From: Blepharisma stoltei ATCC 30299
Lineage: Eukaryota > Protista > Ciliophora
Assembly: GCA_965603825.1 (NCBI GenBank)
Contig: CBFDEM010000008.1
Location: 186,001 to 250,000 of the forward strand
Direction: 5' to 3'
DNA length: 64,000 bases
This document shows positions 26,921 through 39,499 of the stretch, piece by piece. The notes under the pieces are model-generated. The model was not told the DNA's origin and searched no databases. It saw nothing but the letters and a program-made list of their open reading frames with translations. Position 1 is the stretch's first letter. Every line of letters starts with the position of its first letter. A program made the translations under genes and the position numbers.

Positions 26921-27988
26921 ATGGACAATCTATTAAGTTCACCAAAGACTAAAGAGAGCTCCAACACTCTAAAGCTAGCCATTTTCGGATCATTAATTGG
27001 CTTAGTTTACATTGCTGGGGTATTCATGGTGTTCTCCGGCCCAAAAGTTTCAAGCTCTGCCATGTCTCAGTTTGAAGTCGAGGAGCAAGAGTTCAAGAAC
27101 TACATCAATAGATATAGCAAATCTTACAATCTTGACCAATACCTTGAGAGATTCAGAGTTTTCAGAGACAACCTTGGATTCATTAGATCTCAAAACTCCT
27201 TAGGAAACACCTGGGTTCTTGGAGTTAACCAATTCACTGATTTAACACCTCAAGAATTCAAGGCCAAATACCTTCAACCCAAAATCCAAGTCCCAGCTGC
27301 CAACTTACAAGCAGCAGAAATTCCTTTTGTTGGTACAGTTCCAGCCGCTATTGATTGGAGAGCTCAAGGAGCAGTCACCCCAGTTGGTACCGAAGGAAAC
27401 TGCTCTTGTGACTACGCCTTCGCTGCTGTGGGAGCTGTTGAAGGAATTTGGAAAATTTCTGGAAATACCTTGACTGTCCTTTCAGTGCAAGAAATCATAG
27501 ACTGCTCCACTGGCTTTTATAGCAATATAGGCTGTAGTGGAGGATATGTTGACTACGTCTATCAATTTATTCAAATGAAAGGAATCACCTCAGCCTAGAT
27601 CTACCCATATATCGAAAATGAAGGAAATTGCAATGAGGATGCTGCAGGAAGAGAAATTCTTACAATCAGTGGATTCAACCTAGTAGCATCAAGTAATCCA
27701 ACAAATCTCCTATTTCAAGTCGCAACTCAGCCTGTTTCAGTCTATGTAGAGGCAAATAATTATGTCTGGCAATATTACAAAGGAGGAGTCATCACTAAGA
27801 ACTGCGGAAGTGAACTTAATCACGCGGTTTTAATTGTAGGCTACAACAATACTGCGTCGCCAAGCTACTGGATTGTCAAAAATTCTTGGGGGCCGGCCTG
27901 GGGAGAAAACGGATACGTAAGAATTGCAAATAAGGATGGATCAGGAGTCTGCGGAATTAACATGGCCCCATCATACCCTACCCTTTAA
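26921..27988 (+). CDS. Papain-family (cathepsin L-like, C1A) protein with substituted catalytic Cys and one in-frame TAG (27596-27598); pseudoenzyme or pseudogene
   Basis: N-terminal hydrophobic anchor, ERFNIN-like propeptide, [21 protein letters not shown]. The frame continues past the TAG: [46 protein letters not shown], ending TAA 27986-27988. Confidence 0.85.
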
Positions 27989-28635
27989 GATTAATTTCTT
28001 TAAGAAAATCTAAATTATTGGTTTCTATTTATTTAATGATATTTTTCGTTGTAAAATAATATGTTTAGATCACCTTGCTATCTAATTTTAATCACAGCCG
28101 ATTTCTCCATAGGATGATTCTGATTCCTAAAGCAAGATTCTTCAACATATAACTCAATAAAAAGCAAAATCGCCAAGAAAGAGATGAAACCTTAGATGAA
28201 ATTAAAATAAAAATAAATATAATACAGGATAATTTTATGCAGCGCTGGGTTTTAGTATTTGCTATTTTATACTATTTTAAGCATTTTTTGATTTTTTTAG
28301 CAAATTATAGGCAAATGGTATCAAAAATAATCAAATTATGCTAAAAATAAAATATAAACCACAGCCACTATTTACAATTCATGTTGAAAGCTCCTCCTAA
28401 AGAAGCTCCTGAACATACTATAAAAATAATAGAAGAAGTCAACATTGATGGATCAAGGGAAATGTTTAACTCCAAAAATGAAATGCTACTGACTCCAACT
28501 TAAGAGGAAAATATATAGTCAAATATCTCGGCTTTATCAGAAGCCCTAACATTTGTCCAATTTCTTTACAAAAATCGTTACCTGCTATTTATCTAATTAT
28601 TATAATGATAATCTACTATAACTAATTTTTTATTC

Positions 28636-30963
28636 TTATTTCTGCATTTTTTGGAGTAGTTCAATACGGTCTCGACCTAATACATCATTAATAAAATTGA
28701 TATCTTTTTCAGAAAGTTTTCATTCATTCCCAGTGAAAGCGCAACCTTCTTGATTTTCTTGCATCAAATTATAAGCCCTATTAAAGTCCTGCAAAGCTGC
28801 TGCTTCTTGTCTGAGTTTAATAAATACTCTAGCTCGGTTGCATAAATGCAAAGGATTATTGGATTCAAGCTTTATTGCCTCATCATAGCATTGCATTGCT
28901 TCTTGATATCTCTCTAAAACATAAAGAGTATTGCTTTTATCATTATAATACTTGGCATTATTTGGATTGATTTTGATTGCTTTGTCATAGCTTTCTAATG
29001 CATCTGGATATCTTCCTAATTCATTTAAAGCACATCCTTTATTATGGTAGAAACGTTCATCGTTTGAAAAAAGTTTAATTGATTCATCATAGCATTCTAC
29101 TGCTTCGGAATCTCTTCCTAATTTTTGAAGAGAAATTCCTTTATAATAGTAAAAATCAGCATTGCTTGGATTGAGCTTGATTGCTTCGTCATAACATTCG
29201 ATTACATCTAGATATTTTTTTAATTCGTAAAAAGCATTGCCTTTTTTACTGTAAAAATCAACATTGTTTGGACTGAGTTTGATTGCTTCATCATAGCATT
29301 CGATTGAATCTAAATATCTTTTTAATTCGTAAAAAGCATTGCCTTTTTTATTGTAAAACAAAGCATTATTTGGGATGAGCTTGATTGCTTTGTCATAGCA
29401 TTCGATTGCATCTAGATATCTTCCTAAATAATAAAAAGCGTTGCCTTTTTTATTGTAAAAAAAGACATTTTTTGGGTTGAGTTTGATTGCTTGGTCATAG
29501 CATTCGATTGCATCTAGATATCTTTCTAAATCATAAAAAGAGTTGCCTTTTTTATTGTAAAACAATGCGTTATTTGGATTGATTTTGATTGCTTCGTCAT
29601 AGCATTGGATTGCTTCTAGATATCTTCCTAAATAATAAAAAGCGTTGCCTTTTTTATTGTAAAAAAAGACATTTTTTGGGTTGAGTTTGATTGCTTGGTC
29701 ATAGCATTCGATTGCATCTAGATATCTTTCTAAATCATAAAAAGAGTTGCCTTTTTTATTGTAAAACAATGCGTTATTTGGATTGATTTTGATTGCTTCG
29801 TCATAGCATTGGATTGCTTCTAGATATCTTCCTAAATGATAAAAAGCATCGCCTTTGTTTTCATAAAAACCAGCATTCTTTGGATTGATTTTGATTGATT
29901 CGTTACAGCATTCGATTGCTTCTAGATTTTCTCCTAAAGCCTTTAGAGTATTGCCTGTTAGACTTCATTCATCTAAATAATAAGGTTCGAGCTTAAAACT
30001 CTGGTTATTGCATTTTCTTGCTTCAATTGTTTTACCTGCTCTTCTAAGTCAGACATGCTTATTACAGTAAGTAACATCAATAATGACTTTTTGATCTAAA
30101 TTAAAAAAATAATATTCTCTGCTCGATTTAGAAACAGTTGAGATGTATATTCCTCCTTTATTATATGAACAATAAACTTGAAGAGGATTGCAATTAATTG
30201 TTGATTTTCCTACTCGTCACCAATTCATGCAACTTCCAATATCGCTTTCATAGATTGATCCATAAGGACATTCAATCAAATATAATCTATCTGCATTTAT
30301 CAGGATCTTTCTTTTACCATATACAAATTCATAAGGAATCGTCGAGAAAGAGTCAATATCAATTGAGTATAACCAAAGATTTCTATTTTTAATTCCAGAA
30401 ATCAAAATGTTTCCATTAAATACTATAGTATGGCATTCAGAGTCAGCTTGCGGCATCGGAGTTAATTGAATTCATCGATTTCGATCCAAATCAAATCTAC
30501 TAGATAGAGTTAAATAACCTTGATTATATCCTCCAAAGCAATAGATGCTGCTGTTGGAATAAATACATGATGAGTATAAGCAAGGAGTTCCAGATGGTAG
30601 CCAATCGATTCCACCATCCGAATCAATCAGCACTGTAATTCCAGAAGGTGGAAAATAATCACTTCCGCCAAAACAGAATAGCTTGCCATTTGGAAGTTGA
30701 GTTATGCAAGTGCTCGAGTCTAGTGGTCTCACAGTCTCCAAGTTTTTGACTTCTTCTTGGGTTTCAGTGTTATAAATAATTAAATTAATTTTGTTGTATT
30801 TATCTTTTGTAATCGCATAAAGAGATGCTTTTTGTTGATAAGCTTTAAGATAGTCTTGGTAAGCTTGCATTAGTGGTGAATCATAAAGACTAGAATTGAT
30901 CTGATATGCTAAACAATGAGTTACCAGGAAGACTGTCCATATCATACTGCATCTTGCTCTCAT
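28636..30963 (-). CDS. Kelch-like propeller fused to about 11 TPR repeats (5' end uncertain)
   Basis: ORFs 30472-30963, 30217-30456 and 28720-29769 form one frame with TGA=Trp (linker checked codon by codon), ending TAA at 28636-28638. Confidence 0.8.
29400..29835 (-). repeat. Recent 204-bp (two-TPR) tandem duplication
   Basis: FYNKKGNSFYDLERYLDAIECYDQAIKLNPKNVFFYNKKGNAFYYLGRYL occurs twice with essentially identical DNA. Confidence 0.85.
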
Positions 30964-31167
30964 GCATTATTCAGCTTGCGTGTGATATGTCTAAAAGTCA
31001 GCCTCCTCGGATGGATTGAGCAAATAAACCCTAAGCCTTCAAAATGCCTTGGATCAGGTTAGGAGGCTATTCACTCCTTCTCATTGCATGTCTGATGTTC
31101 CTGGATAAAGATTTTCTAGGAAACTGAACCTTAGGGGAGGAAATATTGCTCTCTAAATTTAATATGC

Positions 31168-33637
31168 GTGCCGCTTTACTATTTTCAAATTTTTGATGGG
31201 ACTCTTTTACGATTCTACACCTTATTGAATAGGAGTCTATCAGATACATTTGAAGCATTTTTTAAAAGAAATCCAATTTGCTATAATTTTATTCAGACAA
31301 TAGAAAGAAGATTACCCGAAGTATCAACTGATCTTAAAAATATTCTTTTTGTTAAAAAAAAGAGTCTAAAATAAAAGAATCTATTTGTAAAGGCGAATAT
31401 AAATTAATTTCCAGCTTTAATGATAAGCAAGTCTTATGCTTATTTGATGAACAGTGGTATGATTGCAACAGCAAAGAAGCAAAACAACTACTAAAAGGAC
31501 AGTTGAATTTCGTTTGCCCAACAACTTTGGTTTATTTGAGACTGAAAAAATCTTTGATGGATCACGATATTAAAATAACATCTGAGAAAAGCCAAAGAGT
31601 ACAAAAATTGCTATCTGATAATAGAGTAAAAGAACTTTACAGCAGAAACGCTTCAGCAGAGCGTACAGCTCCCTCTTCTAAAAATTGGTTTAAATCTCCT
31701 GATCCATTTCCAAGTGCGTTCAATCATAAAGCGTCTGGTACAGAATCAAAAATATTAGAAAGTGATGAATATAATAGCGAAAATCACAAAGAAATAAAAG
31801 GAGAGATTAAGTCGATAGGAAATCAGTTTGACAAAAATACTGGATGTGACACTGAAAAAGACGATTTGAAGATAAAAATATTAATTGAAAAGTCCTTAGC
31901 TGACGTAGAGGCAAGATTAAGAAAAGAATTTGAAAGGAAACTCCAGAAAAATTTAGAAATATATAGCCATGAAGAGTCTTTAAGATATCAGCAAGCCAAT
32001 AAAGCCAAAGAAGATTTATTAAACTTTATAGATCCCGAGGCAATTATTGAGAAAGCAAGAAAAAGAGCATATGGCGATCTAGTATCAATTAATAATCAAA
32101 GCTATGAACAGTTTTATAATGTGTATATAAAACCATTGGATGAAAAATTCAAAAATTTTGATTCTAAATTAAAACAATTTGATATCACAAAGAATAATAT
32201 AGATCCAGAGGCAATTATCGAGGAAGCAAGAAAAAGAGCACATGACGACCTAGTATCAACTATTGATCAAAATTATAAACAATTATATAATTTGTATCAA
32301 GAAATAAAATCAAGTTCTGCAATTGATTTAAAAATACTGCAAGAGTCTAACCAAAATACTGAATGCAAGCTTGCTGAATTGGAAAATTATTTGAAACCTA
32401 AAATTGGTATGCTTAATCTTAAATATGACAATTTGGATTCTTCTTTCACAAGCAAACTGGAACAAATTAACCAGAAATTTATAAATATTCCAAGTAAGCA
32501 ACAAATCGATGAGACTTTAGCGGGTCTCCAAACTAAAATTGAGAGCTGAAATAAAGAAACAGAAAAAAAACTAAAGGATTGGGAAGCCTTATCATCAGCT
32601 GACAAAAAATTCAATAAAGAGAAAATTGATAGCTTTGAAAATAAGATACAGCAATTAGAACATAAAAAAAATGCCAAAATTACAGTCGAATTCGACTATT
32701 CTCAAATTGTGCCTAGTAACCAACCTATAATATCTCCTCAGCCAAAGATCCTTCCTCTAAATTTGGTTAAAGATCTCTTAAATGATCCAGAAATTCAAGC
32801 CGAAGCCCCATGTATTAGTAGCCAACAAGAAGCTCCAAGGTTAAAAGCGGATCACAGCAAAGCTTTCAGCAAATCTGGGTTGCCTAATATGTGAAATACT
32901 AGCTATATGAATTCTCTTATTCAAATCTTAGCAAGCGCTACTGAATTTGCGGAGTTTATAAAGAATTGCTCCTCTGATAAATTACTGAGAAGTTTGACAC
33001 AAGTTATACAATTAATACAATCTAATTCTCCAGAGCATCAAATAAGACCCCATATAAAAGAAATCAAAGATATCATCCCAGAAGAATACTCGATAGTAAA
33101 TTTTAACGGGTTTTATAAAAACGATCCTAAAGATTTATTTATAATTATTTCAGGTAAAGTTGGGAACCCTGAGCTCTTTTCTATCATCAAAAAACAATCA
33201 TTTACTTGCCAATTTAACCATAAAGAAGAAAAAGAAGACAATCAAAATTTTATAAATATTCCAGAAAATCAGCAAAATGACATAGAAAGCTTCTTAAATT
33301 GGCTAAAAGATTGGAAAAAATTTTCAGGGCAAAATCAATTACATTGTGCAAATTGTGGAGGAATGAGAGATATTGTAATGAAAACTGAAAGCATTCAATG
33401 GCCACGCATTTTAGCAATTTATATGCCTAGTCAGTTATCACAAGAAATCCCAAGTTCTTTGCAGGTTGAAAATAATTTTTACAATCTTTTCGGAGTCATA
33501 TGCTGATATGAGAAAAATTTTATTGCATTTACGAAAAATGATGAAAATGAATGGGAGAAGTATAATGATTCTGATGTGAGCAAAGCAGATCCTGATTGGA
33601 ATAGGCTTTACCTGCATTTTATAAGAAAAATAATTAA
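31168..33637 (+). pseudogene. USP-A: catalytically dead USP-like paralog, 5' truncated, frameshifts near 31355 and 33612
   Basis: Cys box reads GLPNM[W]NTSYMNS (C>S); His box reads GVIC[W]YEKNFIAF (H>N). The C-terminal 1 kb is highly similar to USP-B. Confidence 0.75.
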
Positions 33638-34223
33638 TTCTATTCTCTTTCGTTTGAACATGATTAAGCTTATTGACTTAAAAGACTAATAAAAGATTAA
33701 AAAGAATCATATACTATGGTTTAAAATAATGTTATGACTATATATTTAATGCTTTAAATTTTCCTTTATCTTTTTTAAGATTCCATCAATTCTTTCACAT
33801 AAAGCAAAGCTATTAAATAGAGAAACTTATAATAATAATAATAATAATAATTAATAATTAATTCGATATAACCTGTGGAATAATGTGTCAACTTTTTCTT
33901 TTCACAATTTATTCTTCTTGCCAAATAATTCAATAATTCAACGAACAAAATTTTAATATTTCAGCTGTCTTGTTTCAATCTTAACAAAGCAGATAACTTA
34001 TACTAAGTTATTTAATTTCTTATTTAATATCAGCTCTTAATTTATGCTATTTTTGATTTATTGTTTAAAATGATAATCTCAGCCTTAGCCTGATTTAATA
34101 AGCTATGCCCTATCTATTCAACAGAATTTTATAATAGTTAATTATCAATATTTTATAGCCTGAGATAAAGTTAGTTTAGGCGAAATCCATATTTTCATAT
34201 TAGATTTGTAGAATTCAATAAAT

Positions 34224-36604
34224 ATGAGCACTTCTAATTTAAGAACTGTGTGCTACGTAATAGCTGCAATCAACAATAGCAGTACTCTCAATAATCTCAA
34301 CTTCCAAATTTATGAAAAAGAAATGAGTGAAACTATAGCTAAAGCTTTCAGAATCCAAATTCGAGAGAGCAATCTTAAAAGGTTCTACAACTTATTAGGC
34401 AAAAGCCTTTCAGATACATTTGAAGCAATTTTTCAAAGAAACCCAACTTGAAGCAGATATATAACTCTGAAAATAGAAGTTCAAGCTTACCAGAAGTATC
34501 AACTAATCTAAAAGATGTTCTTTTTGTTTATAAATGAACGTCTAAAATAAATGCATATATTTACGAAGGCGAATATAAGCTAATTTCCAGTTTTAATGAA
34601 AGGCAAGCCTTTTGCTTATATAATGAGCAGTGGTATGATTGCAACAATAATAGAGAATTATTAATAAAAGGATCACCTGATTTCACTTTTCCAACAACTT
34701 TGGTTTATATAAGAGTTAAAAAACCTTTGATAGTAAACAACGTTGAAATAGCATCTGAGCAAAACCGAAGAGCACAACAATTAGCATTTGAGATTAAATC
34801 AAATGGAATTGCTAAAAGAAATACTTTAGCAGAGTCTGCTTCTGTTTCCAGAAATCTTTCCAGCTCTCCTAAATCATTATCTCAAGAAAAAGACTATCAA
34901 AAGCCTATTTTTATATCAGAACCTCCAGAAAAAGCAAGATATAATAAAGAAGAGTCAAAAGAAATAGCAGAAGACAATAAGTCTAAAGAGAAAGAATGTT
35001 GCAAAATTGTTGGTTCTGAAGACAAAGCAATTGATAAGAATATAGAAATATTAAATCAAAGATGCTTAGCTGACCTTGAGGAAAGATTAACAAAAAATTT
35101 TGAAGTAAAGCTCAAGAAAAGTTTAAAAGAATACAAAAATGAAGAATCTCAGCAATTCAATAAAGCCACAAAAGATCTACTTATCTCTATTGTTAATTAT
35201 GATAAAATGAATGAGGAAAAAATAATGAAAATGAAAAATGAGCTAATAAATTTAGAAAAAAAATGCTTTGGTTTATTACAAAATTTGCCGCAGGGATTAA
35301 AATCTTTAGATGCCAAATTCAAAGAGCTTGATCTTAAAAAAAATATTGAAATGCTCAATCTTAAATATGATACTTTATCAAAAGACTTGGAAACTTCTAT
35401 CATAAGCAAACTGAAACAAATTGACAAGAAATTTATAAATATTCCAAGCAAGCAACAAATCGATGAGACTTTAGCAAGTCTTCAAATTAAAATTGAGAGC
35501 TGAAATAAAGAAACAGAAAAAAAACTAAAGGATTTGGAAGCCTTATTATCAGCTGACACAAAATTCAATAAAGAGAAAAATGATAAGCTCGGGAATGGCT
35601 TTGAAAATAAGATACAGCAATTAGAACACAAAAAAAATGCCAAAAGTCAAATCGAATTCAGTTATTCTCAAATTGTGCCTAGTAGCCAATTTGTAATATC
35701 TCCTCAGCCAAAGATCCTTCCTCTAAATTTAGTTAAAGATCCCTTAAATAATCCGCAAATTCAAGCCGAAGTTCCATGCATAAGTAGCCAGCAAGATCTT
35801 CCAAGGCTAAAAACGGATCAAAGCAAAGCTTTCAGCAAATCTGGATTACCTAATATGTGAAATACTAACTATATGAATTCTCTTATTCAAATTTTAGCAA
35901 GTGCAACTGAATTTGTGGAGTTTATAAAGAATTGCTCTTCTGATAAATTACTGAGAAGTTTGAGCCAAGTTATTCAATTAATACAATCTAATTCTCCAGA
36001 TCATCAAATAAGACCCCATATAAAAGAAATTAGAGATATCATCCCAGAAGAATACTCGATGGTAAATTTTAACGGGTTTTATAAAAACGATCCTAAAGAT
36101 CTATTTAGAATTATTTCAAGTAAAGCTGAGAATCCTGAGCTCTTTTCTATCATCAAAAAACAATCTTTTACTTGCCAATTTGACCATAAAGAAGAAAATG
36201 AAGACAGTCAAAATTTTATAAATATTCCAGAAAATCAGCAAAATGACATAGAAAGCTTCTTAAATGGGTTAAAAGAGTGGAAATTTTTTTCAGGGCAAAA
36301 TCAATTGCATTGTGCAAATTGTGGAGGATTGAGAGATATTGTAATGAAAACTGAAAGCATTCAATGGCCACGCGTTTTAGCAATTTATATGCCTAGTCAG
36401 TTATCACAAGAAATCCCAAGCTCTTTGCAGGTTGAAAATAATTTTTACAATCTTTTCGGAGTCATATGCTGATATGAGACAAATTTTATAGCATTTACGA
36501 AAAATGATGAAAATGAATGGGAGAAGTATAATGATTTTGATGTGAGCAAAGCAGATCCTGATTTGAATAGACTTTATCTTGCATTTTATAAGAAAAATAA
36601 TTAA
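34224..36604 (+). CDS. USP-B: catalytically dead USP-like protein (N-domain, coiled coil, USP domain); one frameshift near 34480
   Basis: GLPNM[W]NTNYMNS (C>N), YETNFIAF (H>N), WEKYND, LYLAFYKKNN-TAA 36602-36604. Confidence 0.7.
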
Positions 36605-36667
36605 TTCTAATTAGCATATAAAATGGCTTAATCACTCTTATAGCTGAAATTTAATAGAAGTAAAATT

Positions 36668-36680
36668 TATAGAATCCAAA
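36668..36680 (+). promoter_or_regulatory. Candidate start-proximal motif T(A/G)TAGAAT (representative instance)
   Basis: Similar words occur within about 45 nt upstream of ATGs at 19774, 34224, 36681, 51633 and 53754, and inverted (ATTCTA) before 45431, 46397, 49310, 57852 and 58332. Confidence 0.35.
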
Positions 36681-39110
36681 ATGGAGTCTTCAGTCATCTC
36701 TTTCTGTCAGAACTGGTCAATAGTTTCAGCAATTTATATTTTTCAAGCAATTAATATAAATCAGCGTCTCAATCCAGATACAACTACAGGATATAACTTA
36801 AAGCAATGACTTGAAGAAGCAGCTCAGTGCCGCCTACCCTCAATTGATTTAAGCAAGTTTAATAGCCCAGTTTCCCAAAGCAGTTTACAAGACAGACTAG
36901 ATGAGCTTTATTCCCTACTTAAAAATAATGATATCCCCAATCAAAAGCGATCGATAAAATATTTATCAATTTCAAATAAAAAACTCATGGACGATAATCA
37001 AATAAATAAAAATACTATTGCTTTTTTCGCAAGGCTTGAAGGATCAGGAAATATTCAAACAAATCTTATGATAAAAAACGTCAATTGAAGGCTTGCTGCA
37101 GTCTTTTCAGGGAATCCAAAGATTTGCTTTTGCTATATTGATAATCAATGGAAGAATTTAAGCTGCAAATGTATGAACAATAATTGAAATGGATCTGACA
37201 CTATTCTTTGCTATACCAAAGACAAAAAACTAGAACCGATAAGTATAAATATCTCGAATCTGCAGAACACAGACTGTTTATTCTGCATGGGAAATAAAAA
37301 TGCAGTAAAGAATGAAAAGAAAAATGCAGGAAAAGCGATAAATAAAGGCAACTTAACTGCTAATAAAAACAGCCTTAAAGAAGAGAGCAAAATTGAGACT
37401 CCTCAAAAGAAGAAGAAAAATAATAATAATTGTATAGAGGGGCAAAAAAAAAAAGGCAGCTCCGGTAACTGTCGTATTTCGATAATAAATAACTCAACAA
37501 AACTAAGTGTTTTTACTAAGCCTATTACTTGCGTCGATTTTTTATCTAAAACTAGTGAATCAAATACAAGAGAGTCTGATATATCAGTCCCACAAGATCC
37601 TGCATTTCATGACTTCTCATGCCAATATTCACAAGGAGATCTATTCCCTAGCCAAGGTCCTATTTTTCAAGACTTCTCATGTCAATATTCCGAAGAAAAT
37701 TTGTGCCAGAATCAAAAACAAAGTAATTTCGACAAATGTTTTGACCATCAAAAACAAATTGACAGCTTGAAAAGCAAAATAAAACAGCAAGAAAAAAAAA
37801 TCGAGGATCTAGAGTTAACTTCTAAAAATGAAGCAAGAAAAGGGGAAAAAAAAGAAATTTTGCTTAATTTAGAGAATAGCAAAAGAGAAATTAATGATTT
37901 AAAAGAGACTATTGATGATAAAGAAAGAAAAATTAAAAAATTAGAACAAGAATTAGAATGTGAAAAAAGTAAAAACAAAGATTTTAGCATAAAGGAGATT
38001 GACAGTTTAAAAAAACTAAACGAGGAAATGAATAAATCAGATGAGAAAAGCAATAATCCTCCACAAAGTACTCTATGATGCTTTAAAGAATTAAGAAGAA
38101 ATTTTTTAATAATTGAAAATTCAAAGGAGAGTATCATGATAGCTTCAACTATGAAAAACCCTATTAAAATGACTGAAAGTTGTAAAGAAATCAATAATTA
38201 TGACCAAATTAAAAATAAAAATGCAATTTTTGAAGAAGAGAAGGCAGTTAAAGAAAACTTAAATATATATTCAGTGCCAATTTTTCAATATAGAAAATGG
38301 GGACTGCCTAATATAGGAAACAGCTGCTATATGAATTCTTTATTACAAATTTTAGCTAGTACTAACTGCTTTGTAAAAGCAGTTCAAAATATTTCGAATT
38401 GTCCTATGCTTGAAAAAATCTCGATATTAGCAGAACAAATTAGAAACAAGTCAACTAAAATGCAAGCTTTAATATCATCTCTAGAAAACTTTAGATTAGA
38501 AATAGGCAAACAATTTCCACACGTAAGTTCTACTTAGATAAGCTCATTTGCACAGCAAGATTGCAAAGAAATTTTTCAAATAATTGCAGCTTCCCTAGAC
38601 GAAATTATTCCAAATAATAATATTTTTTCTATTTTTGTCAAGCAAAATCAATATTGCTACTCCTGCAAGCGAGAGACTCATTTGCTTGACGAATACCAGA
38701 GCTTTTTAATAATCCCAACAACTAGTCAAGGAGATTTGAAAACTGTAGTAAAAGAAAGGGTTACAATGGAAAAAGTTTATGCTAAGAAAAATCAATTATT
38801 TTGTGAAAATTGTAAAGGAAAAAGAAAAATTAAGATCAAAATGGTAGAACATAAATGGCCTGAAGTCCTTGTTTTGTATTTTCCTGAAGAAAGCAGGCAG
38901 GTTAAACTAGATGAAAACTTAGATGTTGGAGAATGTAAATTTTTATTGTATGGAGTAATCAAATATATTGGCTCTGGCATGTTTGGGCACTATACTGCTA
39001 TGACCAAAGATGGAAAGATTTGGAATATCTACAATGACGATAAGGTTTATAAGACCCAATTTGAAGAAGAGGATAAATATTTAGCATTTTATAAGAGAAT
39101 AAACAATTAA
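36681..39110 (+). CDS. USP-C: compact ubiquitin-specific protease (C19), intact triad; intron 38523-38537
   Basis: Open from ATG 36681 with TGA=Trp. GLPNIGNSCYMNS; after splicing FAQQDCKEIF; FGHYTA; WNIYNDD; YLAFYKR. Confidence 0.85.
38523..38537 (+). other. 15-nt spliceosomal intron (representative of nine at the homologous USP position)
   Basis: GTAAGTTCTACTTAG. Equivalents at 40880-94(-), 45009-23(-), 47870-84, 50746-60, 53008-22, 55145-59, 56305-19(-) and 60398-412(-). All are GTAA...TAG with TA at positions 9-10, and removal deletes an in-frame TAG in front of the QQD box. Confidence 0.9.
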
Positions 39111-39499
39111 TTTCTTTTATTAATATTTATACCAATTTGAGATTTTTTATTATTTTAATAAATTGATCAATGAAGTAAATGAATTTATAAGTGATTGTCA
39201 TAATTAGGAAAGTATTTGAGCGTTTTTATATTTTTATTTTTAATAATCATCTACCTTCTAAGTGATATTATGCAGTATATTGCTCACTTCCTTATATTAT
39301 CTTAGTTTTACAGTTTATATATGTAATATAAAATGCCAAAGTTCATTAATTTATTTATTTAAATATTGTTTAAATATTAAATTTATATATCTAACGCTAA
39401 ATAAATATTACCTATTCATAAAATTAGGACTTTTTATTTTTCAAAATACGATACTATATTAATTTCCGAGCTCAAAATGACCTGCAAGCTTTCCTTTCT

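Noticed and set aside
33828-33862. (AAT)n microsatellite; also the AAGCAAAAAGC repeat near 45830
   Set aside because: Ordinary low-complexity sequence in AT-rich intergenic DNA.
34479-34493. GTTCAAGCTTACCAG as a 15-nt intron
   Set aside because: Lacks the GTAA start and T9-A10, does not repair the frameshift, and overlaps codons conserved in USP-A (LPEVS).
37590-37692. 60-bp duplication (QDPAFHDFSCQYS / QGPIFQDFSCQYS) in the USP-C linker; similar IDPEAIIE repeat in USP-A
   Set aside because: Real but small in-frame linker duplications with no evidence of special function.
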